From: an uncultured Solirubrobacterales bacterium
GTDB lineage: Bacteria > Actinomycetota > Thermoleophilia > Solirubrobacterales > 70-9
Length of the DNA: 64,000 nucleotides
Assembly: GCA_963747765.1 (NCBI GenBank)
Contig: CAVVGH010000012.1
Location: 165-64,164 of the forward strand
Direction of reading: 5' to 3'
The notes below the pieces were generated by a model, which was not told where the DNA came from, made no database searches, and saw nothing but the letters and a program-made list of their open reading frames with translations. Position 1 is the stretch's first letter. Each line of letters begins with the position of its first letter. Made by a program: the position numbers and the translations under genes. This document shows, piece by piece, positions 8,170-18,386 of this stretch.

Positions 8170-8964
8170 TCAGATCGAGAGGCCGCCGTCGACCGAGACG
8201 GTGGTACCGGTGATCGCGGCGCCGCCGGGACCGCAGAGGAAGGCGATCGTCGTGGCGATCTCCTCCGGCTGGATCAGCCGCTCGATCGGCTGCTGAGGCG
8301 CGAAGCTCTTGGCGCGCTCAAGGTCATACAGGCGGGCGCTCTCGGCGAGGATCGGGGTGTCGGTCGATCCTGGGGCGACCGCGGCGGCGGTGACCCCGGT
8401 GCCGCGCAGGTCGGCGCCGAGCGCCCGGACGAAGCCGGAGACGCCGGCCTTCGCGGCGCAGTAGGCGGCGAGGCCGGGCAGGCCGCGCAGGCTCGCGGTC
8501 GAGGCGGTGGCGATGAAGCGCCCGGCGCGCGGCTCGGGGCGCCGCAGCAGGGCCGGGACCCCGACCCGGGCGGCGACCATCACGCCGCGTAGGCAGACAT
8601 CGACCACGGCGTCCTCCTCAGCCTGGGAGAGCTCCCAGGCGGGCGCGCCGCCGGCGATCACGCCGGCGTTGGCGACGACCGCCTCGACCTCGCCCCACTC
8701 CTCGGCGCGCCCGACGACCGCGGCCATCGCCGCCGCGTCGGTCGCGTCGGCCAGCTCGGCGCGGGCCGCCTCCTCCCCCGCAATGTCGTTGGCGGCGGCG
8801 ACCGCCGCGTTCAGCTCCGCGACACCGGCCAGCGAGTACGGCAGGCGGGGATCGTCGGTGCCGCGGTCCACGGCGGCAACGCTCCACCCGTCCCCGGCGA
8901 GCCGCGCGACCGTGGCGGCACCGATCCCGCGACCCGCGCCCGTCACGATCGCGACCCTGCTCAT
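8170..8964 (-). CDS. mycofactocin-coupled SDR family oxidoreductase
   Basis: VAIVTGAGRGIGAA...YCAAKAG... with the insert typical of the mft-linked SDR subfamily. The ATG at 8964 overlaps the mftE stop (ATGA). Confidence 0.8.
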   Translation of the reverse strand: MSRVAIVTGAGRGIGAATVARLAGDGWSVAAVDRGTDDPRLPYSLAGVAELNAAVAAANDIAGEEAARAELADATDAAAMAAVVGRAEEWGEVEAVVANAGVIAGGAPAWELSQAEEDAVVDVCLRGVMVAARVGVPALLRRPEPRAGRFIATASTASLRGLPGLAAYCAAKAGVSGFVRALGADLRGTGVTAAAVAPGSTDTPILAESARLYDLERAKSFAPQQPIERLIQPEEIATTIAFLCGPGGAAITGTTVSVDGGLSI

Positions 8965-9677
8965 CGGCTGCTCGCGCCCACCGGCGCCGGCCAGTCGCAC
9001 AGCATCGCGCAGAGGTCCTCGACCGCCGCGACCATGAGCCTCCGACCTTCCGCCGCGGAGGCATGGCGGGGATCGCCGAGAACGCCGTTCGGCGAGACGG
9101 CCCGCACCCCCGCAACGCGCAGATCGTCGATCAGCACCGCCAGCGGGGCCACGTTGCCGGGCTCCGCCGCATCCAGGCAGACGGCGCCGGCGGGTCCCTG
9201 GATCGCCAGCATCAGCGAGGTCTCGGTGCGCCCGGCGTGCGCGTCGCCGTCCCAGCGCGGCGAGAAGGCGCAGACGTCCCGGCCCTCCTCGCGCAGGCGC
9301 GCGACCGCGGCGGCTAGCGGCGCCGCGTTGCCGCCGTGGGCGTTGACGAAGAGGACGCGGTCGAAGGTCTCGGTGGCCGATCGGCCGAGCTCGATCAGGA
9401 CCAGCTCGGTCGCCTCGGCGCCGATCGAGAGCGTGCCGGTAAATCCCTGGTGCTCGCCGCTGGACCCGAACGGGAGGAGCGGGGCCAGCATCACGCCGGG
9501 GATTTCATCGGCGGCGACCTGGGCCAGTGCGGTTGCGATCGTCGAGTCGGTCCCCAGCGGCAGATGCGGGCCATGCTGCTCGGTCGCCCCGAGCGGGACG
9601 ATCAGCGTGGTCGGGCCCGCGGCCGCGTGCGCCTCGACCTCAGGCCAGGTCGCAGCGCCAAGCGCCGACCCCTTCAT
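8961..9677 (-). CDS. mftE: mycofactocin precursor peptide peptidase MftE (creatininase family)
   Basis: MKGSALGAATWPEVE...PLGATEQHGPHLPLGTD...VNAHGGN... The start at 9677 overlaps the mftD stop (ATGA). The upstream part of the listed 432-aa ORF is Arg-rich noise. Confidence 0.85.
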   Translation of the reverse strand: MKGSALGAATWPEVEAHAAAGPTTLIVPLGATEQHGPHLPLGTDSTIATALAQVAADEIPGVMLAPLLPFGSSGEHQGFTGTLSIGAEATELVLIELGRSATETFDRVLFVNAHGGNAAPLAAAVARLREEGRDVCAFSPRWDGDAHAGRTETSLMLAIQGPAGAVCLDAAEPGNVAPLAVLIDDLRVAGVRAVSPNGVLGDPRHASAAEGRRLMVAAVEDLCAMLCDWPAPVGASSR

Positions 9678-10846
9678 CGCCGCGTGAACCCCGACGGCAC
9701 CAGGACGTCCTCGGGGACGAGGTCGTCGATCGAATCTCGACCGAGCCCGTTCAGCGTCTCCTCGATCCCGGCGCGGAGGATCTCCAGCACGTTGGCGACC
9801 CCCGCCTCCCCGCCCGCCGCCAGGCCCCAGAGGTACGGACGGCCGATCATCGCCGCGCGGGCGCCGAGCGCCAGGGCTTTGACGACGTCGGAGCCGCGCC
9901 GGATCCCACCGTCGATCAGCACCTCCACCCCACCGCCGACGGCCTCGACCACGCCGGGCAGGTTGCGGATCGTCGCCGGGGTGCCGTCGAGGTTGTTGCC
10001 GCCGTGGTTGGAGACCGAGATCGCGTCGCAGCCGATCTCGACGGCCCGCCGCGCGTCGTCGGGGTGGGTCACGCCCTTCAGCATGAACGGGCCGCCCCAA
10101 GCCTCCCGCAGCCAGGCGAGGTCCTCCCAGGTCGGCGGCGGCGTCATCATCCACTCGCCGTAGGCACCGAAGAAGGTCGGTGCCTCGCCGCCCGGCGGCG
10201 ACAGATTGGGCGTCGTCAGGGCGGGCAGCTCGCCGCGGCGCAGATACGAGTAGAGCCAACCGGGCCGGGTCAGCGCTTCGGGGGCGAGCGGCAGCATCGA
10301 CTTGAGGCTCGCGTCCTGCGGGATCGCCGGGCTGCCCCAGTCACGGCGATGGGCGAAGGTCCAGTCGATCGTGACGATCAGGCCGACCGCGCCGCCCCGC
10401 CTGGCGCGGTCGAGAATCTGCTCGATCCGGTCGCGGTCACCGAGCCAGTAGATCTGGAAGAGCGTCTTGGGGTTGGCGGCCACGACCTCCTCGAGCGGCT
10501 TGCTGGCGAAGGAGCTGAGGCCGACCGCGGTCCCGGCGGCGGCGGTCGCGCGGGCGACCGCGACCTCCCCTTCGGGATGCACGGCCTGCACGCCGGTGGG
10601 AGAGGTCAGCACCGGCAGCGCCAGGTCCTGCCCCAGCACCGTCCTCGCCATGGCGCGCGCCCCGCTCCTGCCGGTGGCGATCCGCGGGATCAGACCCAGC
10701 TCGGCGAAGGCGGCGGTGTTGTCGGCCAGCGAGGTCCCCTGCTCGGCGCCTGCTTTCAAGGCTCCGTAGACGCCCTTCGGCAGCCGCCTGCGGGCGCGGC
10801 GGCGCGCCTCCTCGACCGACTCGAACCAGTCGCCGCTCGACGCCAC
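9674..10846 (-). CDS. mftD: pre-mycofactocin synthase MftD (FMN-dependent alpha-hydroxyacid-oxidase fold)
   Basis: 390 aa, with ...ISVSNHGGNNLDG...IDGGIRRGSDVVKALALGA... Position between mftC and mftE. Confidence 0.85.
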   Translation of the reverse strand: MASSGDWFESVEEARRRARRRLPKGVYGALKAGAEQGTSLADNTAAFAELGLIPRIATGRSGARAMARTVLGQDLALPVLTSPTGVQAVHPEGEVAVARATAAAGTAVGLSSFASKPLEEVVAANPKTLFQIYWLGDRDRIEQILDRARRGGAVGLIVTIDWTFAHRRDWGSPAIPQDASLKSMLPLAPEALTRPGWLYSYLRRGELPALTTPNLSPPGGEAPTFFGAYGEWMMTPPPTWEDLAWLREAWGGPFMLKGVTHPDDARRAVEIGCDAISVSNHGGNNLDGTPATIRNLPGVVEAVGGGVEVLIDGGIRRGSDVVKALALGARAAMIGRPYLWGLAAGGEAGVANVLEILRAGIEETLNGLGRDSIDDLVPEDVLVPSGFTRR

Positions 10847-10849
10847 CGC

Positions 10850-12013
10850 TCAGGCCTCCGCGCCGGACCGGGCCGGCGCCAGGAAGTCGGCGAGCGGGTT
10901 CTCGTCGCAGACCTTCGCGGGCGGGCGCCGGCGCGAGTGGTCGACCGCGGGCGCCGGGATCCTCGTCTCGGCGCCGCGCGCCGCCAGCAGCCCCTCGCCA
11001 TGGCCGAGCGCGCACTCGGGATCGGGCCCGTCCAGCGGCAGACCGGTGAAGAACTTCGCCGCCATGCAGCCGCCGCGGCAGGCGTCGTAGTGCCCACATG
11101 ACTCGCAGGCGCCTCCAGACTGCGGCCTCCGCAGCTTGGTGAAGAGCTCCGAGTCGCGCCAAACCCCTTCGAAGCCGCGCGGCTCGCGCACGTTGCCGGC
11201 CAGGAACTCGTCGTGGATCGCGAACGGGCAGGCGTAGACGTCGCCGACCGGGTCGATCAGGCAGACGACCCGCCCCGCCCCGCAGAGGTTGAGGCCCGGC
11301 AGGGCCTCCCCGTAGGCGGAGAGGTGGAAGAAGGAATCGCCGGTCAGCACGTCCTCGCCGTGCTCGAGCAACCACATATATAGGGAGCGCTGCTGCTCGG
11401 AGGTCGGGTGCAGCTCGTCCCACACGTCGGCGCCGCGGCCGGAGGGGCGCAGGCGGGTGATCCTCAGCTGCGCGCCGTAGGCGTCGGCGATCGCCTTGAA
11501 CTCGTCGAGCTGGCCGGCGTTGTGGTGGGTGACGACGACCGAGATCTTCGGTCTCTCGAATCCGGCCTCGGCCAGCCGCTCAAGCGCCCCCAGCGCGGTG
11601 TCGAAGGAGCCCGGGCCGCGCACCGCGTCGTTGACCGCGGCGGTGGCGCCGTCGATCGAGATCTGCACGTCGACGTAGTCGGAGGCGGCGAGGCGGGCGG
11701 CCGCCGCCGCGTCGATGCGACTGCCGTTGGTGGAGAACTTGACGCCGACGTGATGGTCGGCCGCGTGGTCGAGCAGCTCCCAGAAGTCCTTGCGGACGGT
11801 CGGCTCGCCGCCTCCGATGTTGACGTAGAAGACCTGCATCCGCTCGAGCCCATCGATCACCGCCTTCAGCTCGGCGGTGGTCAGCTCGCGCGGGTCGCGC
11901 CGGCCGCTCGAGGACAGGCAGTGCACGCAGGCCAGGTTGCAGGCGTAGGTCAGCTCCCAGGTGATGCAGATCGGCGCGTCGAGCCCTGCCTCGAACTCCT
12001 TGACGAGCTTCAT
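10850..12013 (-). CDS. mftC: mycofactocin radical SAM/SPASM maturase MftC
   Basis: CNLACVHC radical-SAM motif and a C-terminal Cys-rich SPASM region (CESCGHYDACRGGC). Overlaps the mftB stop (ATGA). Confidence 0.9.
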   Translation of the reverse strand: MKLVKEFEAGLDAPICITWELTYACNLACVHCLSSSGRRDPRELTTAELKAVIDGLERMQVFYVNIGGGEPTVRKDFWELLDHAADHHVGVKFSTNGSRIDAAAAARLAASDYVDVQISIDGATAAVNDAVRGPGSFDTALGALERLAEAGFERPKISVVVTHHNAGQLDEFKAIADAYGAQLRITRLRPSGRGADVWDELHPTSEQQRSLYMWLLEHGEDVLTGDSFFHLSAYGEALPGLNLCGAGRVVCLIDPVGDVYACPFAIHDEFLAGNVREPRGFEGVWRDSELFTKLRRPQSGGACESCGHYDACRGGCMAAKFFTGLPLDGPDPECALGHGEGLLAARGAETRIPAPAVDHSRRRPPAKVCDENPLADFLAPARSGAEA

Positions 12014-12339
12014 GCGACCGCCCCTTGTGGAGACTTACTCGGGCTATGACCGAGCAAGTCTCCACGCTCGGCGGGGACGATCATGTCGGTCTCGGCGAGG
12101 GTCGCCAGCGCCCGGCGATAGCTCGGCAGCTCCGCCTCCGCGACCCCGGCGGCGCGACAGGCGGCGATCGGGTCGGGTGAGCCCTCGAGACCGCGGACCA
12201 CCTCGAGCAGCCGACGGCTCTTCAGGAACGAGAGCCGGCGACTGCCGAAGTGGTAGGCGAGGGCGCCGAAGCGCTCCGGCCGCAGGGCGACCTGGGGGTG
12301 GAGCTGCCAGCGGCCGTCGAGCTCGATCTCGGCGCTCAT
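12010..12339 (-). CDS. mftB: mycofactocin chaperone MftB (RRE/PqqD-like)
   Basis: 109 aa, MSAEIELDGRWQLHPQVALRPERFGALAYHFGSRRLSFLK... Position between mftA and mftC. Confidence 0.85.
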   Translation of the reverse strand: MSAEIELDGRWQLHPQVALRPERFGALAYHFGSRRLSFLKSRRLLEVVRGLEGSPDPIAACRAAGVAEAELPSYRRALATLAETDMIVPAERGDLLGHSPSKSPQGAVA

Positions 12340-12367
12340 CTCTGCCTTGCGCGGTCGACGCCGGCGC

Positions 12368-12493
12368 TCAGTAGACGCCGCACATCCCGTCGATCGAGAC
12401 GTCCTCGACCAGCAGATCAGCCTCGACCAGCTCCTCGGCAGCCGCTTCGGCGGCCTCGGGAGCGGGCGTGGGCTCGGGCTTGGGCTGCGACAT
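12368..12493 (-). CDS. mftA: mycofactocin precursor peptide MftA (41 aa)
   Basis: Hand translation; too short for the ORF track. MSQPKPEPTPAPEAAEAAAEELVEADLLVEDVSIDGMCGVY* carries the hallmark C-terminal IDGMCGVY. GGGAGG RBS upstream. Confidence 0.9.
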   Translation of the reverse strand: MSQPKPEPTPAPEAAEAAAEELVEADLLVEDVSIDGMCGVY

Positions 12494-12569
12494 GAGAACC
12501 TCCCTGATCCTTGATTCGACGACGCCGATGAGATTATCGCACCGAGTGCCAAATTACCATTCGAAGACG

Positions 12570-13169
12570 ATGCGCACCGCCGGTAGGCCACCCAGCACGA
12601 CCCGCGAGGAGATCGAATCCGTCGCGCTCGGGCTCTTCGCCGGGCACGGATTCGAGGCGACCACCGTCGACGACATCGCCGCCGCGATCGGCGTCGGGCG
12701 CCGCACCCTCTTCCGCTACTTCGAGTCGAAGAACGACATCGTCTGGGGCGATTTCGACTGGGTGATGGCCCGGCTGCGCGAGGCCCTCGATCGCGGTGCC
12801 GACCTGCCGCTGATGGAGGCGCTGCGGCGAGGCGTGGTCGAGTCGAACCGCTACCCGGCCGACCAGCTGCCCGGGCTGCGGATCCGGATGACGCTGATCA
12901 CCTCGACGCCGGCGCTCGAGGCCCACTCGGCGCTGCGCTACACGGCCTGGCGAGCGGTGGTCGCCGAGTTCGCGGCGCGGCGACTCGACGCCGAGCCGGA
13001 CGACCTGATGCCCCAGGTCGTGTCCCAGGTCGCCCTCGGGACCGCGATGGCGGCCTTCAGGCGCTGGGTCACCCATCCCGAGGAGGACCTCGAGGCGCTT
13101 CTCGAGGAGGGCTTCATCGCCCTCGAAGCCCTCGACCTGAGCCTCGCCCCGGGCTCGCAACCCACCTGA
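12570..13169 (+). CDS. mftR: TetR-family regulator MftR
   Basis: TetR HTH (TTVDDIAAAIGVGRRTLFRYFESKNDIV), divergent from mftA. The ATG at 12570 is chosen over the listed 12468 start, which would overlap mftA. Confidence 0.8.
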   Translation: MRTAGRPPSTTREEIESVALGLFAGHGFEATTVDDIAAAIGVGRRTLFRYFESKNDIVWGDFDWVMARLREALDRGADLPLMEALRRGVVESNRYPADQLPGLRIRMTLITSTPALEAHSALRYTAWRAVVAEFAARRLDAEPDDLMPQVVSQVALGTAMAAFRRWVTHPEEDLEALLEEGFIALEALDLSLAPGSQPT

Positions 13170-13177
13170 GCAACCGG

Positions 13178-14551
13178 ATGCCCACCTACGAGCTCGACCC
13201 CGCGGTCCACCGGAGCGACGGCGGTCGCCTGCTCGTCGGCGGCACGCCGTCGCGCCTCATGCGGTTGAGCGAGCGGGGGGCGCGTGCGCTCGATCGGATC
13301 CTCGCGGGCGTCACTCCCGATCCGGCCGCCAGGGCGCTGGCCGGGCGGCTCGATCGCACCGGGCTGATCCACCCGCTCCCCGGTACAGACGCGAAGGAGC
13401 CGCCGGTGACGCTCGTCGTGCCGTCGCTCGATGGCGGCGAGACCCTCCTTGCCCTCGTCCGGGCCGCGGTCCGGGAAGGTCCGGTGATCGTCGTCGACGA
13501 CGGCTCGCGCGACGGCTCGGCCGCCCGCGCGGCGGCGCTGGGCGCGCGGGTGATATCCAACGCCGGCCGCAAGGGGCCGGCCGGGGCGCGCAACACCGGC
13601 CTGCGCGCCGCCCGGACGGAGCTCGTCGCGTTTCTCGATGCCGACACCGAGATCGGCGAGGCCTGGCGGTCGGGGCTGGCCGCACTCCTCTGCGCCGATC
13701 CAGGGCTGGCCCTGGTCGCGCCTCGGGTGCGCGGCACCCCCGGCGACTCGATCCTCGCCCGCTACGAGCGCGGCAACTCCCCCCTCGACCTCGGCTCTGC
13801 GCCGAGCCTGGTCGGCCCCGGCCGGCGCGCCTCCTATCTGCCGGCGGCGGCGCTCCTCGCGCGCCGCTCGGCGCTGCTCGAGCTCGGCGGCTTCGACGAG
13901 TCGATGCGCTTCGGCGAGGACGTCGACCTCGTCTGGCGCCTGCTTGCCACGGGGCATCGAGCCCGCTACGTCCCAGCCCGGGAGGTGCATCACTCGCCCC
14001 GCCCCGATCTCTGCTCCTTTGCTCGTCAGCGATTCGGATATGGCGCCTCGGCGCCCGACCTGGCGGTTCGCCACGGCGCCCTCGTCGCGCCGCTGCGGCT
14101 CGGCGTCAACGCCGCGGCGACCTGGGGCGCCGCGGCACGTTGGGGCGCCGGCGGCGCCCTCGTCGCGCTCGCCGCCTCCTCGGCCCTGGTCGCCCGGCGG
14201 GGCACGGACCGTCCCGCCCGCATCGCCCTCGCCGGGCAGTCGCTGCGCGGCCAGGCAGCGGCCGCGCGCCAGCTCGTTCGGGCCGTCGGCCGCGAGTGGC
14301 TCCCGGTGGCGCTGATCCTCGCCGTGCGCGATCGCCGTGCCCGACGCCTGTTGATCATCGCGCTCGCCTCCGAAGCCGCCCTGGCGGCTCGGCGCGCTCC
14401 CGGTGCGCCACTCCCCGCCGTGGCCACTCTGCGCCTCCTCGACGCGGCGAGCTATGCGGCCGGCCTCTGGGCGGAGTCGGTGCGCCGGGCCGAGTCCCGC
14501 GCCCTGCTGCCGCGGATCGGCGGATGTCAGCCACAGGAACAAACAGGATAA
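13178..14551 (+). CDS. mftF: mycofactocin glycosyltransferase MftF (GT2)
   Basis: 457 aa. GT2 core (VVPSLDG...VVDDGSRDGS...FLDADT) followed by a hydrophobic C-terminal half. Adjacent to mftR. Confidence 0.8.
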   Translation: MPTYELDPAVHRSDGGRLLVGGTPSRLMRLSERGARALDRILAGVTPDPAARALAGRLDRTGLIHPLPGTDAKEPPVTLVVPSLDGGETLLALVRAAVREGPVIVVDDGSRDGSAARAAALGARVISNAGRKGPAGARNTGLRAARTELVAFLDADTEIGEAWRSGLAALLCADPGLALVAPRVRGTPGDSILARYERGNSPLDLGSAPSLVGPGRRASYLPAAALLARRSALLELGGFDESMRFGEDVDLVWRLLATGHRARYVPAREVHHSPRPDLCSFARQRFGYGASAPDLAVRHGALVAPLRLGVNAAATWGAAARWGAGGALVALAASSALVARRGTDRPARIALAGQSLRGQAAAARQLVRAVGREWLPVALILAVRDRRARRLLIIALASEAALAARRAPGAPLPAVATLRLLDAASYAAGLWAESVRRAESRALLPRIGGCQPQEQTG

Positions 14552-14575
14552 TAGTTGTCATGTAGGCTTTCGGGA

Positions 14576-15352
14576 ATGCCACCCGAGCAGCCGATCGCCA
14601 TCGAGCGAAAAGGCGATTTCGCGATTCTCTCGCTCGACAACCCGGCCAATCGCAACGCCCTCACCAACGAGGTGCTGGAGTCGATGGTCGCGGGGATCGT
14701 CGATCTGGAAGGCGACGAGTCGACCCGCTGCGTGGTGCTGGCGGGCAGCGAGAGGGTCTTCGCCTCCGGTGCCGACATCCGGACCCTCGCCGCGACCACC
14801 CCGCTCGACCTGCATTACGGCCGCCGGGCCGAGCTCTGGGCGGCACTGAGACGGGTGCGTGTCCCGCTGGTCGCGGCGGTCTCGGGGTTCTGCCTTGGCG
14901 GCGGCTTCGAGCTGGCGATGTACTGCGACGTGATCGTCGCCTCCCGCACCGCCCGCTTCGGACTGCCGGAGACGCGCCTCGGACTGATCCCCGGCGCGGG
15001 CGGCACTCAGCTCCTGCCGCGGGCGATCGGCCGCGCGAAGGCGATGGACGTCATCCTCTCGGGCCGCCTGCTCGACGCCGAGGAGGCCGAGCGGGCCGGC
15101 CTCCTCTCCCGGGTGGTCGACGAGGACGACTGGCGCGGCGCGGCCGAGGCCGTGGCCCGTGACATCGCTGCGCGGGCGCCTCTTGCCCAGCGACTCGCCA
15201 AAGAGGCCGCCACGCGCGGCCTCTCGCTCGGGATCGATCAAGGGATCGAGGCAGAGCGCACCGCCTTCGCCTTGGCGCTCGGCAGCGCCGACGCGAAGGA
15301 GGGCATCGAGGCCTTCCTGGACAAGCGGGAGCCGCGCTGGCGCGGTGAATGA
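14576..15352 (+). CDS. enoyl-CoA hydratase/isomerase (crotonase)
   Basis: ...FASGADI...GFCLGGGFELAMYCD...GLIPGAGGTQ... The ATG at 14576 is preferred to the listed TTG at 14555. Confidence 0.85.
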   Translation: MPPEQPIAIERKGDFAILSLDNPANRNALTNEVLESMVAGIVDLEGDESTRCVVLAGSERVFASGADIRTLAATTPLDLHYGRRAELWAALRRVRVPLVAAVSGFCLGGGFELAMYCDVIVASRTARFGLPETRLGLIPGAGGTQLLPRAIGRAKAMDVILSGRLLDAEEAERAGLLSRVVDEDDWRGAAEAVARDIAARAPLAQRLAKEAATRGLSLGIDQGIEAERTAFALALGSADAKEGIEAFLDKREPRWRGE

Positions 15353-15410
15353 GGGGCGGCGAGCCTTTGCGGAAGACCCCGCCGCCCCATCCACCTCGGA
15401 GAGGGAGGAG

Positions 15411-16901
15411 TCAGCTCTCCAGGTAGCTGCCGCTCAGCACGTACTGCCGGATATCGGTGAACTCGAGGATGCCCTCCGGTCCGCACTCGCGACCGTAGCC
15501 GGACTGCTTCACACCGCCCCACGGCTCGGTCAGGCAGACGCCCGCCTGGTTGATCGCCACGGTCCCGGACTCGAGCCGGCGTGCGACCTCCAGGGCCTTG
15601 TCGGCATCGGCGCTGTAGACGGAGGCGGCAAGGCCGTAACGGCTGTCGTTGGCGATCGCCACGGCGTCGTCGATACCGTCGTAGGGGATTGCGCACACCA
15701 CCGGGCCGAAGACCTCGTTCTGGGCGACCGACATTTTGTTGTCGACGTCGCGCAACAGGGTCGGCTCGTAGTACCAGCCACGCTCGAAGCCCGGTGGGCG
15801 CCGACCTCCCGTGGCGACCTTCGCGCCATCGGCCAACGCCCCCTCGACCGCGGTTTCGGTTCTCTCCAGGGCCCGCTTCACCGCCAGCGGCCCGAGCACG
15901 GTATCCATGTCGAACGGATCGCCGATCTTGATCTGCTGGAAGGACGAAGCGAGCGCATCGACCACTTCGTCGTAGCGGCCGCGCGGGGCGACTATCCGAC
16001 TGAGGCTGACACAGACCTGGCCGCAGAAGCCACTCGAGCCGGGCACCAGGGTCGGCAGGACCTGGTCGAGGTCGGCGTCCTCGGCGATGATCGCCGCGGA
16101 CTTGCCGCCGAGCTCGAGGATCGCCCGACCGATGCGGTCGGCGATCCGGTGCAAGACGTCCACGGCGATTGCCGTGCCTCCGGTGATCGCCACCAGGTCG
16201 ATCCCGTCATGGCTGACGAGATGCTGGCTGGCCTCGACCCCGCCGGCGAGCACGCTGACCACGCCGGGCGGGAAGTCCGCCTCTTCCAGGGCCTCGGCGA
16301 CGATCCGCGTGGTCAGCTGCGACTCGGGGGCGGGCTTGATCACCACGGGGCAGCCGGCGAGCAACGCCGGGATCACCTTCATCCCCATCAGGACCACCGG
16401 GCCGTTGTAGGTGAGGATCGCCAGCACCGTCCCGTGCGGCACGTGGCTGAGCAGGACGTCACCCATCGGGCCGCTACGCTTTTCCTCGAACTCCAATTGT
16501 TCGGCGGCTTCAAGGGCGCGGCGCCAGGCCATCGTCCCGGCACCGGTGTTGATCATCTGCCCATGGGCGAGCGGCGCTCCGGACTCGAAGGCCCAGGCCC
16601 GGTTCATGTCGTCGAGCCGCGCCTCGAGCGCGTCGCAGAGCCGACGGCATACCTCGATCCGTTCGGCCACCGACATCCGCGGCCAAGGGCCGCTGTCGTA
16701 CGCCGCGCGCGCCGCCTCGACGGCGCGGTCGCAATCGCCCGTGCCGGGATCGGCGACGGCGGCCACCGATTCCTCGGTGGACGGCGAGATCACGTCGAAA
16801 GTCTTGTCGGTCGCCGGGTCAACCCACTGCCCGGCGATGAACAGCTGATCGAGCCCCGGCACCTTCACGTCGAGTGCCGGCGGTGCGCTCGTGGTCATCA
16901 C
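15411..16901 (-). CDS. NAD(P)-dependent aldehyde dehydrogenase
   Basis: 496 aa, with ...ELGGKSAAII...GQVCVS... ALDH catalytic Glu/Cys motifs. Confidence 0.9.
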   Translation of the reverse strand: MMTTSAPPALDVKVPGLDQLFIAGQWVDPATDKTFDVISPSTEESVAAVADPGTGDCDRAVEAARAAYDSGPWPRMSVAERIEVCRRLCDALEARLDDMNRAWAFESGAPLAHGQMINTGAGTMAWRRALEAAEQLEFEEKRSGPMGDVLLSHVPHGTVLAILTYNGPVVLMGMKVIPALLAGCPVVIKPAPESQLTTRIVAEALEEADFPPGVVSVLAGGVEASQHLVSHDGIDLVAITGGTAIAVDVLHRIADRIGRAILELGGKSAAIIAEDADLDQVLPTLVPGSSGFCGQVCVSLSRIVAPRGRYDEVVDALASSFQQIKIGDPFDMDTVLGPLAVKRALERTETAVEGALADGAKVATGGRRPPGFERGWYYEPTLLRDVDNKMSVAQNEVFGPVVCAIPYDGIDDAVAIANDSRYGLAASVYSADADKALEVARRLESGTVAINQAGVCLTEPWGGVKQSGYGRECGPEGILEFTDIRQYVLSGSYLES

Positions 16902-16981
16902 TCACCTCCGTTTTTTAGACTGCTGTAGTCCCCGTTGGATAATTATTATCACACTTGTCGTGGTCCCAGGATGCCTTGCCA

Positions 16982-18361
16982 TGTCCCGCACCCGGTTCCG
17001 ACCGGACACCCAAATAGACACGGAGGTGTCGGGTGTCAGCAACAACGGAGGACCGGGTGGCCAACAACGGAGGGGAGCCTGCCGAGGACCAGCGCGCCGA
17101 GCGCGCAGCCGAAGGCAAGCGGGAGGTGCGCTGGTCCTCGCGCCGCAAGGAAGGGGTGGTGCTGCGGCTGCTGCGCGGCGAGTCGCTTGACGCGCTCGCC
17201 CGCGAGTGCGGCCAGCCGGCCGGCGCGATCAGCCGCTGGCGGGAGGACTTCCTCGCCGCCGGCCGCGAGGGCCTCAAGGCAAGGGCCGCCCCGCCCGAAG
17301 AGCGCGAGCTGCGCGAAGCGCAGCGAAAGATCGGCGAGCAGGCGATCGAGATCGACACCCTCCGAGCCCTCTTGGGGAAAAAGGGGGCTCCACGGTCAGA
17401 GAGGCGGTCGAGGTGAGCGCCGAGACCGGGCACCGGCTCGGCACCGTCTGCCGGATCGCCGGCGTCTCGCGCTCGGCGGCCTTCGAGCGTGTCCGGCGCG
17501 AACGGGAGGGCGCCGTCGGCGAGCGGGCGCATCGCAAGCGCGGGCCGGTGGGCGCGATGCCCGACGCCTGCCTGCGCGCCGAGATCCACCGCACGATCGA
17601 GGACTCGCCCTTCAACGGCGAGGGCCATCGCAAGGTCTGGGCGCGCCTGCGCCGTCGCGGCATCCGTGCCTCGCGCAAGCGGGTGCTGCGGCTGATGCGC
17701 GAGGACGGGGTCCTCGCCCCGACCCCGCAGGTGAGAAAGCGCGCCGCGCGCCTGCACACGGGCACGATCACCGTCGAGACGCCCGACACCCTGTGGGCAA
17801 CGGATGCGACCGAGGCCTGGAGCGATCAGGACGGCCGCTGCGCGGTCTTCGTGATCGTCGACCACGGCACCGGCGAGCTGTTCTTCGACGCGGCCCACCG
17901 CATGGACCGCTTCGCCGCCGCCGATCTCCTTCGCGAGGTCACAGCCGAGCGCTTCGGCTCGGTCGAGGCGGCCGTTGCCGCCGGGCTCGCGCTGCGCTAC
18001 GACGGCGGGCCCTGCTTTCGCTCAGACCACTACCAGGCCGAGATCGACCACCTGGGGATCGCCCGCTCGCCCGCCTTCCACTACGAGCCCGAGACGAACG
18101 GATGCGCCGAGCGGGCGATCCAGGCGCTCAAGGAGCAGGTGCTGTGGATCGAGCGATTCGAGACCTTCGAGCAGCTGCGCGCCGCGGTGCGGGACTTCGG
18201 CCGCCTCTACAACCGCGAGTGGCTGCTCGAGAGGCACGGCTACCGCACGCCGATCGAAGCTCGAGAGGGGTTCCTCGCCGCCCGCGACGAGGGTGCCGGC
18301 TCGACCCGGGTGCGATGATCGATTTGTTCAACCAAGTGTCCGGTTATCCGGGTGCGGGACA
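16982..18361 (+). mobile_element. IS3-family insertion sequence, copy 1 (1380 bp)
   Basis: TG...CA ends. IRs TGTCCCGCACCCGGTTCCGACCGGACAC and GTGTCCGGTTATCCGGGTGCGGGACA. 4-bp direct repeat GCCA (16978-16981 and 18362-18365). All ORF translations are identical to copy 2. Confidence 0.9.
17033..18318 (+). CDS. IS3-family transposase OrfAB (programmed -1 frameshift)
   Basis: orfA is 17033-17416 (HTH, leucine zipper). orfB is in the -1 frame to 18318 (rve DDE: WATDATE...IVDHGTGE...NGCAERAI). Slippery GGGAAAAAGGGGG at 17375-17387. Confidence 0.85.
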
Positions 18362-18386
18362 GCCAGGGCAAGAAGACGGCTGCCCT

